Source: the human T2T-CHM13v2.0 reference genome, Homo sapiens. From it: a DNA stretch of 64,000 nucleotides. Made by a program: the position numbers and the translations under genes. The notes beneath the pieces are model-generated. The model did not search any database. It was not told where the DNA came from and saw nothing but the letters and a program-made list of their open reading frames with translations. The stretch lies in NCBI RefSeq assembly GCF_009914755.1, contig NC_060938.1, one strand, 5' to 3'. How positions within the stretch are numbered: position 1 is the first letter of the stretch; every line of letters begins with the position of its first letter. Shown piece after piece: positions 45,473 through 60,125 of the stretch.

Positions 45473-46534
45473 TATTTATCTTAGAAATATTTTTTGAATA
45501 AGCTTTTCTGTCAAGTGAGAGAGAACCCAAAATTAAGAATCAAGGTGAGAGAAATATGACTAAAAGGGCTGTGCTCTACTGGACATATTCAGTAATAGCC
45601 AAGTGGCCAGTTGCCTGATGATGAGCATCTCAGGAGACAGGTACCACAGAATTTGAGTAGTTCTATTACTTTTGGGTTGTCTGGTAGGGTTGAAATATTA
45701 CCACAAGGCTTGAGTTGTATCATCAAGAATTAAATGTCCAACCCTATAGCTCCAGTCCCCAAGGAGCTGAGATGGCCAGCTGACTTCTAGTAGCAAATCA
45801 AACCAGCAACAACTTCCAAACTGAGCTGTGATCAATGCCTCAGTCTCATCACAAGATCTATTGGGTATTGATCTGAGTTTGATTTATTAAAATCACCATG
45901 TTTGAATATTCTCAGAGATATGTATTATGAAATAGTATCACTTTCAAGTGTTTGTCTATAGACTCCACCTCTACAATATGTGGACAGTGTGGCAAATATT
46001 GGGGTATGCTGCACACACACACGCATGCACACACAACAAACTCCAGATGTGACATGCGCTGGACCAAAACACTACTAGATCTCCTAAACTTCTCTCTTGA
46101 GAAATGTAGGCATGGTCTAAATGGCTGATGAGCAAAGTCTCCATGGCCACTTCTTTGCTTGTAAACTACTTTAATTTAAATAATCAAATAGACACATCAA
46201 CTAGGTAAAATTAAAGAACTTAGGTAGAAGACAATTGTTTTTGAAATTATTTTGGAAGTTGAGCTAAAAGACATGATAATGGGGACACTAGAAGGATTAC
46301 AGTACAATTTGACCACTTTGTGAGTATCCCCGGTGGAAACAGTAGACTAATTTTCTCCCCCAGGATGCCTTTTGTTCAAATCCAAAGTTTAGATCTTCTT
46401 AACCTTGTCATACGTAAGACTCACTCTAATGCTCCTACACATGGTTCAAAGTAAATAACTTAAAAAAAAGAATGATGTAAGTATGCCGTTGGTTATAGCT
46501 GGATGAGGCAATCTAGCAGTAGTTACAAAGAGGC

Positions 46535-46890
46535 AATAGTTCTTACATTTCAGTAGAAAAGAAAAATCACTTGGGGTGCTGGTTGAATTTGTATATTTCC
46601 TCAGATATTTCAATTCAGAAGGGTTGGAGTACAGGTATATGAATTTGCATTTTAATAAGCACCCTAGTCAATTCTTCCACAAAACATGTTTTAAAGAACA
46701 CTAGCAGATGGTAATATCTCCGTGCTGTAGTTTCTCTATTTGTAAAATTAGAAGGATAATTACCTTAAATTTTGTAAAATTAGGACAATCCAATAATTAC
46801 CTTAAAAGGTAATGGTGATGATTAAATGAAGCTACTTCTCTGAGTCTGGCTGAGAACCTGGCATGTTATAAATACTCAATATATGTTGTT
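46535..46890. mobile_element. MER5-like fragment followed by MIR
   Basis: GAATTTGCATTTTAATAAGCACCC; GTTTCTCTATTTGTAAAAT...GATTAAATGA...CCTGGCATGTTA. Confidence 0.6.
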
Positions 46891-47942
46891 TTAATAAACT
46901 TATACTCAAAATGGGGCAATACTTAAAGCTATAATTTTACATAAAGTTATAAAGCAGATATATGGCACAATCAGTTATGTAAATGTATTTCTTGAAAAAG
47001 ACTAGAAAAATAATTAGTAACATGTTAGTAGTGTCATTAGCCTTTCTGATCTATTTTCACGACTTCTCTCTGTATTGTGAATATAAAACAATAAACATTT
47101 ACTTTCATATTTTCCATTTTATAAGCTTTAAACAAGGCACATAATAACTACACTATATTCTACATTCTTTATGTTATAGATCTCTACCTCTTTGTGTGTT
47201 ATTTTCATGATCTTAAGTAGCTGTTAATAAGGTTGATTACTGTATTAATAACTGGCAAAGAACATTTCTGAATCTTGCAGATGTTGAATATATTTTATTT
47301 TCAGCTATAAACTTTAAGGAGAGCAAGGGTGCAGAGTAGGAAATACTTTGAAGACAATGTAATCTATGAATTCTTTATAAATTTTTGTTTTGAAAAATGA
47401 AAAAAACACCCTTACCCTTTAGAAAAGATTAATTCATGAGAAGCTTTACACAAAAGGAGCTTATTGCCCATGGTGGAAGTGTGTGTTGTATTATCTGTAT
47501 GGCTTGTGTCACCTGCTACCATGAGAGATGAAGGTAGTTGGAAGGGGGTGAGCAGTAAATTATCCAAGACTTTGAAAGTAATAAAAGAAACCATGGGCTG
47601 AAAAAAAAGACGTTCTAGACATAATTCACAGATTTATTGTAATCATTTTCAAAGCACTGAAACAGACCAAATGTGTGGAGAAATTATTTCTGATTGCATA
47701 CTGAAATTTTAAAGGCACTCAGATGTCTGAGGTTTGTGTTCCATATAGAAACTCACTTTGAATGCTAGGTTTGGGAATTGGATAGAAAAAGGAAGAGATT
47801 CACATTTTGAATAAGCCCGAGAAGCAGAAAGCAGGAGAAGCTTACAAGAAGGCAAAAACTCTAAAGAGATTAAAGTGAGACTTGGCCTGGATAGCAAAGC
47901 GAAATAAAAAAAAAAAATCTATCTGGGAACAAAAAGGGCTCA

Positions 47943-48484
<542 letters not shown>

Positions 48485-49228
48485 TCACATAGTGTTCTGT
48501 ATGGGTATATGTGAGTAAGGCTTTCAGATTAGTTTCTGTAATTTGTTTCTTGCTTGTTTCAGAAAACAAAGGTAGTCTTCTAAATTTGATGATAGCAGTG
48601 GTGGTAGGCTCTTATAAAAAAATGAGTGCACTGCAGTTTCAAATATTCTACCGTCTCTTCCCAATAGAAACCTAGAAAAAAAGAGTTGAAATGGAATTTA
48701 GAAGTTATTTCCTCATTCACTGAAGTTTTTCCATATCACTTCAAAAGATGGCCATCTGACCTTGGCTTGAATTAAGATATACTGTGTTTATGTCATCAAC
48801 TGTGATTTTACCATTGTATTAATCCTGTTAAAAAAAGAAAGGTTAATTGAGTGTAAAGTGATCTTAGTGAATTTAATCTTTTAGAATTTTGCAGTGGAGG
48901 ATATCAATATCACACTTATAGAATGTAATTTGTAAAACCTATTTTTTCCCATCAAAGGTTGGATATCTTTTCATTGCTCTCAACTCTCTGTTACTGAGTA
49001 AAGATAGCCAGTAGCAACTCTGACATCTGGTTCTTTTCATCTCTACAGTTACAACTCCAGGTTTGCCCCGCTGTGATCCCTCTGTCACATTGCTGCCAGA
49101 ATAATTTTTCTTAAAACTGTTCATAAATGTCTCCTGCTAAGTCATTCAATGACTCTTCATTAGCTTCAATATAAAAGTTCAAACTCTGCAGCATGGCATG
49201 TGATATGTCTTATAATAATGAATGTTTC

Positions 49229-49400
49229 TGTATCAGTTGACTATTGCGGCAAGAATGCTGCATAACGAACAAACCTGCAACTCAGTGCCTTCAAACAATG
49301 AGCATTTTTTCTTTATGAGTTTACAGGTCAGTTGGGAAGTTTTGCTGATCTCACTTGGGCTTTGCTGGCCATTGTGTCTCAAAACGGACAGTTAGACATG
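49229..49400 (-). mobile_element. Old MLT1 (H/I/J-like) LTR fragment
   Basis: TGTATCAGTTGACTATTGC...TGCATAAC...CTCAGTGCCTTCAAACAAT. Confidence 0.55.
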
Positions 49401-49506
49401 CCGTGACATTCTGTCTTGCTTATGTTAAGGCACCTTGGACTTTTATATTGTGATGAATTGTGCTTCTGACTTTATATAACTCAATGATAAGAGGACCCTG
49501 GCTATA

Positions 49507-49865
49507 TGTCTTAGTCCATTGGGGCTGCTGTAACAGGATGTCATAGACTGGGTGGCTTATAAACAAAAAACATTTATTTCTTATAACTCTGGAGGCTGGG
49601 AAGTCTAAGATCAAGTGCTTGCAGATTTGGTGTCTGGTGAAGGCTCATTCCTCATAGATGGTGCCTTCTAGCTGTGTCCTCATGGTAGAAAGGGTGAGGC
49701 AGCTCTTTGGGGCCTCTTTGATAAGATTTCTAATACCGTTCATGAGATCTCTACTCTCATGACCTAATCACCTTCTGAAAGACCCCACTTTTTAATATCA
49801 GCATTTTGGGGGCTAGGATTTCAACATATGAATTCTGGGGAGACACAAAAATTCAGACTGTAGTG
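49507..49865 (-). mobile_element. MLT1A-like solo LTR
   Basis: TGTCTTAGTCCATTGGGGCTGCTGTAACA start; near-TSD CTATA/CTACA. Confidence 0.88.
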
Positions 49866-51760
49866 CTACAGAAATTAAAAAATTCATGTTTTCAGCAGGA
49901 AGACTGGTCATTAGTGAGCCTTCTTTTATTGCTGTAAATACTATGCCGTAATTAGACTACATAAATATAGATTTCCATTCAATAGTAACTATTCTATTTT
50001 TCTTGCTTATGTTTGATAATGCTGTTGTCTTGGGAAATGTACTATTCTATGTCCTCAATTTTCATTGAAATATATTATGAGAAATTATTTAACAGGAAAG
50101 CATAGCTTCTCTTTAATATTATTAAAGACAGATATATTCTAGTAAGTCAGATCTTATTTTTGTCATCCTAGTGTGCCAGTTATAGGCAGTGTGGCTCCTC
50201 AGTCTAGTAAAGAACACTTTAAAGCTAATGAAAAGGTGAATAGCATGATGAGAAAGATACCATTGTTTGCTGAGGGAACAGTAGAGTACCATATCTGAAT
50301 CTGATATAGCTCTGGAGAATGGCTAAAAATTGGTTGGTGTCCATAAATTAAACTGTCTCAGAAAGGTGACTTAATCAATGGATAGATGGCTGGTTCTCAA
50401 CCTTGTGATGCCCATTGGGTAGTCACTTCTGAAATACTTTCAGCACTGAGTTAGAAATACCTATCAATTTCAAGAGAAAATCTTGTCTTGTATTTGAACA
50501 AAATGCTCTCTTACCTTAGAGTTGGTATATATTTGTCCAATTGCAAGGCAAGTCAAGCTCTAAAACAATTGCTATCCACCAAAATATACAAATAGAAAGA
50601 ACTGCCCAACTCTTAAATGGTGAGCACCACTTTTGTCATGTCATTTTGACTACCAATGACAACTTCTGTCCGGATAGCCCAAATTGGGCCAGGGTGAGCT
50701 GTAGAAAACATGCCATCACCACATCTCACTTTAGCAAATATTTTGAAACTCTACATATCGAAAAAGTTATTTACATGGACAGTAATTATTTTAAATAGAA
50801 GCATTTTAGAGCAGGTTAGTTTTTTAATACTTTCAGTAACACTTCAGGATAAATAATCCTATAAATCTTATATACAAGAAAAGAACAGTAGGTTAACTGT
50901 TTCCAAAATTTTCATTACCCATAACCCATCTTCTTAAGCTTTAACAAAAATGCAAATAATTTATTTAGAATTTTATTAACAAAATGACAGAAATAGTTAG
51001 AAATGTTCACAGAAACATCCAGGTTCCTACTTTAGTTCTGCGATTGAACAGAGCATTACTAGTACTCTTGAACATGCACAAATTGCCTTCATTCTTGGCT
51101 TGCCTTCCCATCACCTTTCCATTGTTTTAACGATCACTGAATAATTGGGCAGGTCCAGATTTGCTTTTTCAGTGTGGACTTGCTTTCAAATTGATTTTAA
51201 ATTGCTCTGAAAGATCTGGTAAAATTTTGAAGATGTCAAGATTTAGATTAAGATGAGGTATAAATTAGCTTCAAATTCTTTGCCCAACAGAACAAATGAA
51301 TAGGGTAATAAAAAACAAATGGGGTATAGCAAGAATTCTGAGTTTTTCAGCCACCTTGACGGACTGCTGAAAGACTTTGCATTTTCACAGTGCAACCGGC
51401 TGCTACAAGAAGGAAGAAGGCATCAAGAAAGAAGACATTTTCCAAGCCTTATACCTTTAGTCAATATACAGGTAACCCAGTCAGAATAGTTTTTAGTTTA
51501 TGATGTAAATAAAAAACACTCAACAGAATTCTTCCATATTGCAGCATTTTTGTTGCCTCCAAATATCAAATAATATCTTCCCAAGGAGATCCCTTTCTTT
51601 TTCAAAAGATGCTTTTCCTATTGTAGACATACACAGAAGAGAAACAAAATTGTTTATGGTTGTTTGAGTTGTCTAACATACCCACAAAGAATACATTTTT
51701 CTTCAGATATTCATTTTAAGCTGTATTTTTATTTACCAATTTTCCAAGATTTAATTACCC

Positions 51761-52139
51761 TGTGCAATGGACGGAATTGTGTTCCCCCAACCCCAAATTC
51801 ATATGTTGAAACTCTAACCACCAATGTTACTACTGTATTTAAAGGTGGGCTTTTAAGTAACTAAGGTTAAATGAGATAATAAGGTAGGGGTCCTAACTTG
51901 CTAGGATTCATGATTTTATAAGAAGAAGAAAGAAGATTTTTCTTTCTCACCACCATATAAAGACACAGCAAAAAGTCAACCATCTGCAAGCTAGGTAGAG
52001 GGCCCTTGATAGAAACCGACAATGCTGCCACCCTAATCTTGGAGTTCCCAGTCTCTACAACTGTGAGAAAATATATTTCTGTTGTTTAAGGCACCTAGTC
52101 TATGATATTTTGTTACAGCAGCCCAAGCAGGCTAGGACA
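51761..52139 (+). mobile_element. MLT1A/B-like solo LTR
   Basis: GAATTGTGTTCCCCC...AAATTCATATGTTGAA...TTTGTTACAGCAGCCCAAGCAGGCTAGGACA. Confidence 0.85.
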
Positions 52140-52319
52140 GCCCATTAATGGTTATAAAAGTCTTTCTTTTTAAACATTCCCTTCCCTCTGTTGACTTACT
52201 GTTTGTAGTCCTTTCTTACCACAACTCTCTGAGGAGGGGACAGGGCAGGACTATCATATGATGGGTCATTTCTCTAATTGTGAGTATCTTGGCTGTGTCT
52301 GGATGAAATAATTCATTCT

Positions 52320-52810
52320 ACCACTGCTAACTATTAAATGCTTAATCTTCACCAGGCATCATGCTAGGTCATATATATCTGTTCTAATCCTTACAAAGAT
52401 CTCTGCATAGTAGGTATTGATACACCTTTTCTTTTTTCAAACAGAAAAACAACTGAACTTCAGAAAGTTTATATAATTTGTCCAATACCTACAGCTGGTA
52501 GGTGGAAAACTGGGTCTGACTAACTCTAAAGTCCCTACTTTTCTCAGTATGGCCTGTTGTGTTGTTGAGTATAATCTGAGATATCTATACCAGGAGATTT
52601 ACTCAGTGGAATTCAACTGGACCATGAAGAAGGGCAGCATGGCAAAGAGGCTTTGGAGTCCAATAACTGGGTTTCTATCACAGAACCTTATTTGACCTCT
52701 CTGAGCTGAAATTTCCTAGTCTTTGAAGTGGAGATATAGCATCTAACTTTACAGGGTTGTTGTAAAAATTAAAGGGGGTAAATATTTGTAGCACTTGACA
52801 CAGACTTTGC
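52320..52810. mobile_element. Two MIR fragments in opposite orientation
   Basis: MIR core motifs at about 52320-52550 (-) and 52640-52810 (+). Confidence 0.6.
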
Positions 52811-52849
52811 ATCCAACAGTCTTTTTTGTTTATTTCTTTCTCTTTCTCC

Positions 52850-54410
52850 TCCCAATAATTGTTTAACCAAATTTCTTGATTATTGGCCTATGTACCAGGC
52901 ACTTTTCTAAATGTGGGGAGCATCAGTATGAATAAAACTATGCCTTGAGGAAACAGCCTCTTAGAGAAGTGAGATGCGAACATTTATAATGTAATCTAGA
53001 AAGCACACGGAGTTTTATGTGAGACCAGAGAGTATACATATGACCAGGTGTGATCGGGGTGGGGATTGTTCCTAAATTAGATAATGTCTGAGCTGAATCT
53101 TAAAGAATTAATACTCCTAAGAATGAGTCAGGGATAGGAATATGAGAAGGGAACACTAGGCAGAAGGGAGAATGAGAGCAACCACATGAGAGTGGTAAAA
53201 CAGCATTTAGTGTTACTGGGTCACAGAATAAAAGGGGGAGATCACGCTGGAAAGAAAGGCAAGAGTCATATGTAGTGGGGCCTCACTTCTGTCTGTAAGA
53301 GCATAAATATATTTATGTTGGAAATGGGGAGCCATAGCAGGATTTGGTTTTAAGCACATGGGTCTCTCTGGCAGACCTTATGTGTAGGGTGGATTTGAGG
53401 AAAATAAGATGAGTTAGGGAGTTAGTATTGCAGGTGGGAGGGGATGGGGGTTGAGCAGGGACAGGTGGAGTAGGAGATGGGAGGAGAAGATGGCCTCGAT
53501 AAATTTAATAAAATTAAATTTAATTTATTGGATTTAGGTGGAAGTAGAGAAAAAGAGTTAAGGATGACTGCTGGGTTACTAATGTGGGTAAATTGGAAGG
53601 ATGGTGGGACCACCAGATGAGAGAGAATGACGAGTGTGAGGGCAGTGCTGATGTGTCACCTATGTACCCTCTCAAGCATACCCATGGCAGGGAATGTAGC
53701 GACTGACAGCCTCAACTATGGTGCCTTTGGATCTACCATGGCAAGGGATCCCTGAGCTGCTATGAGCAATGCCTGATCACTATGGTAGCCCCAGAGTCAG
53801 GCCATTCCTGCCTGGTGTGGGATTCTTCCATGGGCAATTTTGCTCAAAGATTTCCCATTGTTGTGGCTAGGACTCAGAACTGCAGTGCAGTATCAGGCCC
53901 TTTCTAGCCAACCCTGCCTCTACCCTCTCCTTTCACAGGCATCAGATCCACATTGTGGTCTGAAGGGTCTCATTGGCTATCCAGCTCCCTCCCGCTTTGT
54001 CCTGTCTACCCTCTCCTTTCACAGGCATCAGATCCACATTGTAGTCTGAAGGGTCTCATTGGCTATCCAGCTCCCTCCCACTTTGTCCTTCACAGGTGTT
54101 TCTCCCTCCAGATCTCTTGCACCTCTAATCTCAATGTGGCTTCTACTTCTTGGAGGACCCAAACTGACATAAGTAGCATTTGGACATGGGTATGATGAAA
54201 CACAAGATCAGTTACAGAAATACTAAGTTTGGTATGACTGAGAGACATTTGGCTGGAAATATCCTGTGGATAGTTGGATAAAGAAGTTAGAAAAATCAGA
54301 GATTGAAAAGTGCTTGACATACAGATTTGGGAATTTTTAGCATGCAGTGGTTAATCAAAACTATGAGTGTGGATAGATTCATTCAAGGAATAGGAATAAA
54401 GTGAAAATAG
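52850..54410 (-). mobile_element. L2 fragment interrupted by an LTR16-type LTR
   Basis: CCTATGTACCAGGCAC, CTGAGCTGAATCTTAAAGAAT, TTAAGGATGACT, CAGATTTGGGAATT motifs. Confidence 0.65.
53635..54169 (+). mobile_element. LTR16-family solo LTR with an 86-bp internal tandem duplication
   Basis: CACAGGTGTTTCTCCC...GGAGGACCCAAACTGACA end; duplication 53919-54004 / 54005-54089. Confidence 0.65.
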
Positions 54411-54429
54411 CAGAAATTTTATATTTGTA

Positions 54430-54745
54430 TGCTATGGTCTGAATGTTTATGGGCCTCCAAAATTTATATGTTGAAATCCTAACCCTCAAGCTGATTGTAT
54501 TAGGAGGTGGGGCTTTTGGGAATGGGGTTAGTGAACTTATAAAAGAGACCCTGGAACGATCCTTGTCCCACTATGTGAGGGCACAGGAAGAAGTTGGCAG
54601 TCTGAAACCTGAAAGAGGGCTCTTGCCAGAACCTGGCCATTTTAGCACCCCAATCTTAGACTTCTAGCTTCCAGAACTGTGAGAAATACATTTCTATTGT
54701 TTATAAGCCACTCAGTCTATGGTAAGTTGTTATAGCAGCCAGCAT
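54430..54745 (+). mobile_element. MLT1A0-like LTR
   Basis: TGCTATGGTCTGAATGTTTAT...CCAGAACTGTGAGAAATACATTTC...TATAGCAGCC. Confidence 0.85.
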
Positions 54746-54931
54746 TACTGGCATTCTGCAAGACACACATCTGGATCAGCTTGTCTTTTGCCTTGGCCTC
54801 ATGTTCTTGGCATATTTTATAGCATAACTGAAGGGAGGCTAAGGATGTCTCTGTAGTGGGGTGGGGTAGAAACATACAGTATCATTATGTATGAACTTGG
54901 GCAACTTGCTTTTAAAATGATTTCTGGCAGG

Positions 54932-55316
54932 TTTTAAAGCAAAATAAGCAGGAGGCCATTAGTCTGAGTTCCTATATAACAAACCACAACCTAACTTAGT
55001 ATGTAAACCTCTGAAACCTAATTTAGGAGTATATTTAGTAACCAACAGCTGAGTTTCAGGCAATCACAAACAGCTATACTTCAGCCAGTCACAGGCAGCC
55101 AACTGATCAGCTCATTCTCAAATAAGGCAGATGCCTAGCTGTGGCCTATTAAGTAATTTCTCTGCTTTGCTTCCATGTGTGGCCTATACCAACTTGTTGC
55201 TCATTCTGCTGGGTGGAGCTCTCTGAACCTCTTGTGGTTCTGATTGCTGCCTGACTCATGAATCATTCTTTGCCCAAATAAACTGTCAAATTTACCTAAA
55301 ATTTTTCCTTTACCAC
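54932..55316 (+). mobile_element. ERV1-class solo LTR (MER57-like)
   Basis: CAAATAAGGCAGATGCCTAGCTGT...GGAGCTCTCTGAACC...ATTCTTTGCCCAAATAAACT. Confidence 0.6.
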
Positions 55317-57455
55317 AGAGCATAAATAAACTAGCATTAACATTTCCACAATATTCTTAACATGGTGGCTGCTTTCTAAGTGGATGAGGTTGGGGCATAG
55401 CAGACTACTTAGTCCCCAGTAAGATATTTTATGTTAATATGCCCCTAGCATCAAATATTCAAATTATATATATATATATTTGACAGAAGGAACATGCATG
55501 TGAATTCCAGAGGTTTATTTCTTGCCATTTTTGTATTAGGTTAACTGATTTAATTGCAATATATTCAGTTTGTACACAGCTGGCACCAATCTCAATTTTG
55601 TTTACATATATCTGCTGTCATTTTAGGTCGTAGACTCTGTTCCACACAAGTCTTATATGAAAGTCACACCATGTGCAATCCCCCCAAATGCAGTGCATCC
55701 AAACTTGCCAAATTTTATGAGCTCCTCCATATAATCAATTTCATGAAACATTGATAGATTCTTTGTTTCTCATGACTTCTGGCAATAGTTGAAATACAAG
55801 GTAACCACTCATTTCACAATGTTATATTGAGAAGACTAGTTAATACAGAAAGCTATACCACATCTACACTGAGTACCAACTGGGAAGCCAATGAAGGATT
55901 TGAGCAAAAGTTTACCCTATTACTTTAGAGTAAGTTGGATGAATTGGAGGAAGTAAAAGACATAGAATTATTGAGGTGAAAATCAGCTGAAATGATGAAG
56001 AGACTGAAGCTTTCAACAATGTGATAGGAAAGCAATTTGAAAACAAGTCACAGGGAAACAACTGACATTTCACAATCAGAAATGGTGTGCCACAGGAAGC
56101 CTCAGGCACAATATAGTTTCACAAAGAATATATTTTGTGCATACTGGCAAAAACATATGGCTCTAGATTTTAATGTATCCATGTACATAAGTAATGGTCA
56201 TATTAAATAGTATTTCTGAAGCTGACAAATAGTAATTCTAAACATCTCTAGGCTAAAATTTACTATCATCGAAGTTTGGAAATTTTGACCTATGCTGATA
56301 GTTATGTTTTAATCATAATTGTTTATTGAACTAATGGCTACACATCTTAGGTCTCTGTTAATACATGAGAACATTGTCAACGTGAGAGATTGCTTTTGTA
56401 TTTACTTCCCATTTGACTGCTTCTCTCCCCTTTCCTGCTTTCTCTTAATTGTTAGGTTCTTAAATACTGCACTGATGGAATAATATTAATCAATGGAAAT
56501 AAACAGAACTTCAGTTTAAGAAAAGAAATGTTAGCATATGTATAATCTAATAATTTGCTCACTATTGATGGTCATTAGATAATCAACCTTCCATTATATA
56601 CTCTAAGTATATAATTATTTTAAAATTATCTAAATATTCACCCATTTTTAGAATCTTCTTTATGAGAATGAGGCTCCATGGTTCATAATTAGATCACCTT
56701 CTTTCAACTTGGATTAGTTTAATTGTCTCTTCATCCCAAATCACTTTTCGGTAAGTTAAACTAATGGAAAATAACCTAGAGAATTGAAAAGAATGTGAGT
56801 TTAGGCATGAGAAATAAAAGGATTAAACACACATCTGTTCCTCCTGTTCTTTTAAAGCATTTTCTGTAGTTGTAACAGTAACTTTGGTATAAGAAACTGT
56901 TGAAGCTGTGTGAAACCACTGAGAGAGTATGGAAAGTGGGATGACATTTAAGTTCTGTGAAATCTAGCTGTGACTTTGGGCTTACAGTTTTAAGTATCTA
57001 TTTCCTCACACACACACACACGCAAAGAATATTACCTAAGGTGTGTAGGTATCTCCCTTGCAACCTGAGAGAATCTATGATATTAGAAATTAGAAATTTC
57101 TTTATCTATGATAAAGAAATTAGAAATGTCTTTCGCAGATATGTGGACTTATTTAGTCATTTAAAAATATGTGTGCAGTAGAATCTTTTCTACTTCATCT
57201 TCATGTCTATCCCAGGGAAAATAAAGACATCTTTGTTTGAAATTATCTCTATTGTATGCCCAGTTCTGGAAATGTAAATTGTAGACAAGTTCTTTGGATA
57301 TTGATAATGCAGCTATAATTTCTGAGAGGTAATAGAGTGGTTTAGCTTATTTGACACATGCTGTGCTGAAGTAATCTTGTTGAAGAAGCTTTATTCTTGT
57401 ATCTCATGCCTGCAAGCTGGGCACTTTTCACTTAATGGACAACATATCTTGTTAA

Positions 57456-57891
<436 letters not shown>

Positions 57892-57906
57892 GATTCTTAT
57901 CAACTC

Positions 57907-58497
57907 TTTTGGGAAAAGCTGAGTGTTGGGAGAAGCTGAGGCAGGGCTTGCATGTCTGACATAATGTAAAAGAGTCCTGGAACATGTCTGGGGTCCAGGG
58001 TCTAAAACCCCTTGTGGCCTTTGGAGCGCCAAGCTCTGTGCTAAAGGGTGGAAGAATACCCTGATACACCATAATCTGAGCCCAGGCCATAAAACCCCTC
58101 ATGGATTGTATAGAATCCAGGGCTCATGGCTCTGGAATGTGTCTAGACTTGCTGACTCCTTGCTCCTTGCTCTCCCAGGATCGATTGTATCTTTAGTTAA
58201 AAGAACCTGCTCTCCATTATTCTCAAGTAGCAGAGCAAATGCTAAACCATCACAGCTGTAAATCATGTGCTTAATGCAATGTGCCCTTTAGACCTCCACA
58301 TTCTCACCACCTGTTTCTTTGTTGGATTACCAATAAACAGCGTGGGCTCCCAGAGCTCAGGGCCTTCATAGCCTCCACGATCGCGATGGCCCCCTGAGGT
58401 CCCACCTTTCTCTCTCAAACTGTCTTTTTCTCAATCCTTTGGCTCTGCTGGACTTTGTCACCCCCATGACCTGGTGTTGGGTCTGATCACCCCAACA
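57907..58497 (+). mobile_element. LTR14-family (ERVK) solo LTR
   Basis: T(T)TTGGGAAAAG start, AATAAA then CCAGAGCTC...GGCCCCCTG, CCCCAACA end; 5-bp TSD AACTC. Confidence 0.75.
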
Positions 58498-59894
58498 AAC
58501 TCTCCTTAAAATTATATAGAACATTGTGGTATGTGTATATACATATGTTTTAAAAGAGAGGACCCATAGCCTTCCTCTGATATTTAAATGGGGCTTGTGA
58601 CTATCCCAGATGTTTAGAATCATTATTATAGAATACAAGAAATATTATGAGCAAGGATTAAAACAATAGAGTGAAATTTGTCTATTTCTTTCATGAATAA
58701 TATTAATCATAAATTTCATGGTTTAATCTGAATTTTGTTTTACTCTAATTATCCGTAACATTTAATGACATGTTATAATTTTATGACATAAAGTTCCCGT
58801 ATCAATGATATTCAAAGGTTGCTGTGTAAGGAATACTCGTTTTACACATTCAAGTTGAATAAATAGCATTATTTCATTTAAATTCTCTGGGGAAAAAAAT
58901 CAGCCACAGAAAATTACTCAATTGAATTTCCTATAAGAAAAAACATAAATTATTTCATCAGAATGATTCTAAAAACTTCTGAAATTTTATATGTGAATAA
59001 AATATTGACTTAGTTTTTAATTATCCAAAACTGCATAGGGTTTTTTTTGGGTAGCAGTTTCTGGAATATTGTCTTAATATAACATGATGGTTAAAAGTTG
59101 AGTCTTTGGAATCATTTAATCTATTTTTAAATCCCACCATCAGTACTTATTGACTGTGTAACACCTAGCTAAATAACGTATATTCTCTTTCCACAATGAA
59201 TGAGGCAATGTACAAAAAAAGCTTTGCCTAGTGCCTAGTAAATGTAAATCCTTCATAAATAGTAGCAGTAGTAGTAGTATTCATTCTTAGGGAGAGCACA
59301 AAGAGACTTAATGTATACAATAAGATATTAATGAGGGAAATTAGGAAGGAGTTCTGGGGAGGCAGAGTCACCTAGGAATATAATTCAGGCTTTAATCCAT
59401 TGCATTAGCAGATACTGCCCCAAGAATCACTCCCTGTATAGAGGTAATTATATCAAAATAGGTCTCTGTGTTTGAGCTAAGACCGTGAAATACAGCTAGC
59501 GTACAAAACCCTGAACATAACATAATTGATAATCCACAAAGACACAAATTTTGTGAGATAATGCAAAGTTGTCAATGCTATGCAACTACTGTTGTATTGA
59601 TTGTATTGTGTGTAAATGATTTTCTGTATTTTGTATGTGAGAAAATTTTAGCTATGTCTTTCTGCAGGTACACCAGGGAGCACTTGTTACATTTATGTGC
59701 TATATTATTTTTATGTTTGGTTGTGAGTGTTGAAAAAGCCTTGTTTTAAATGTAATTACAATTTGATAATACCTTAAAAAGTGATATCTTTTTCTTACTC
59801 TTCTTTTCCCCATTTCTGTATGTCCAGTTATAGAGAGGCCTCTATTGAGTGTTCTGGACCCATCTAGTTTTCCTTCTAGGGAGTTAATATTAAT

Positions 59895-60125
59895 TAGAGC
59901 TAATGTTCATTTAGTGCTTTCTATGGGTAGGCACTAAGACCTCTATCAGTTTTATTTTGCTTAATCCTCACAGTAACCCTGAAAGGTAAGAACTACCATT
60001 ATCTCTATATCATAGATGAAGAAATTGGATCTTAGGGTAATTCTTCTGCTTAAGCTAGCACAGATAGTGAGTGGTAAAGCCACAATTCAAACCTCTGTGT
60101 GCTCCCAGAGCCCATATGCTACTAT
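59895..60125 (-). mobile_element. MIR
   Basis: TTAATCCTCACAGTAACCCTGAAAGGTA...ATAGATGAAGAAATTG...ATTCAAACC. Confidence 0.8.

Noticed and set aside
57073-57133. Short tandem duplications (also near 15590-15630, 46740-46806, 62728-62781, and an 11-nt insert in the Alu near 3884)
   Set aside because: Ordinary slippage-scale events expected in neutral DNA.
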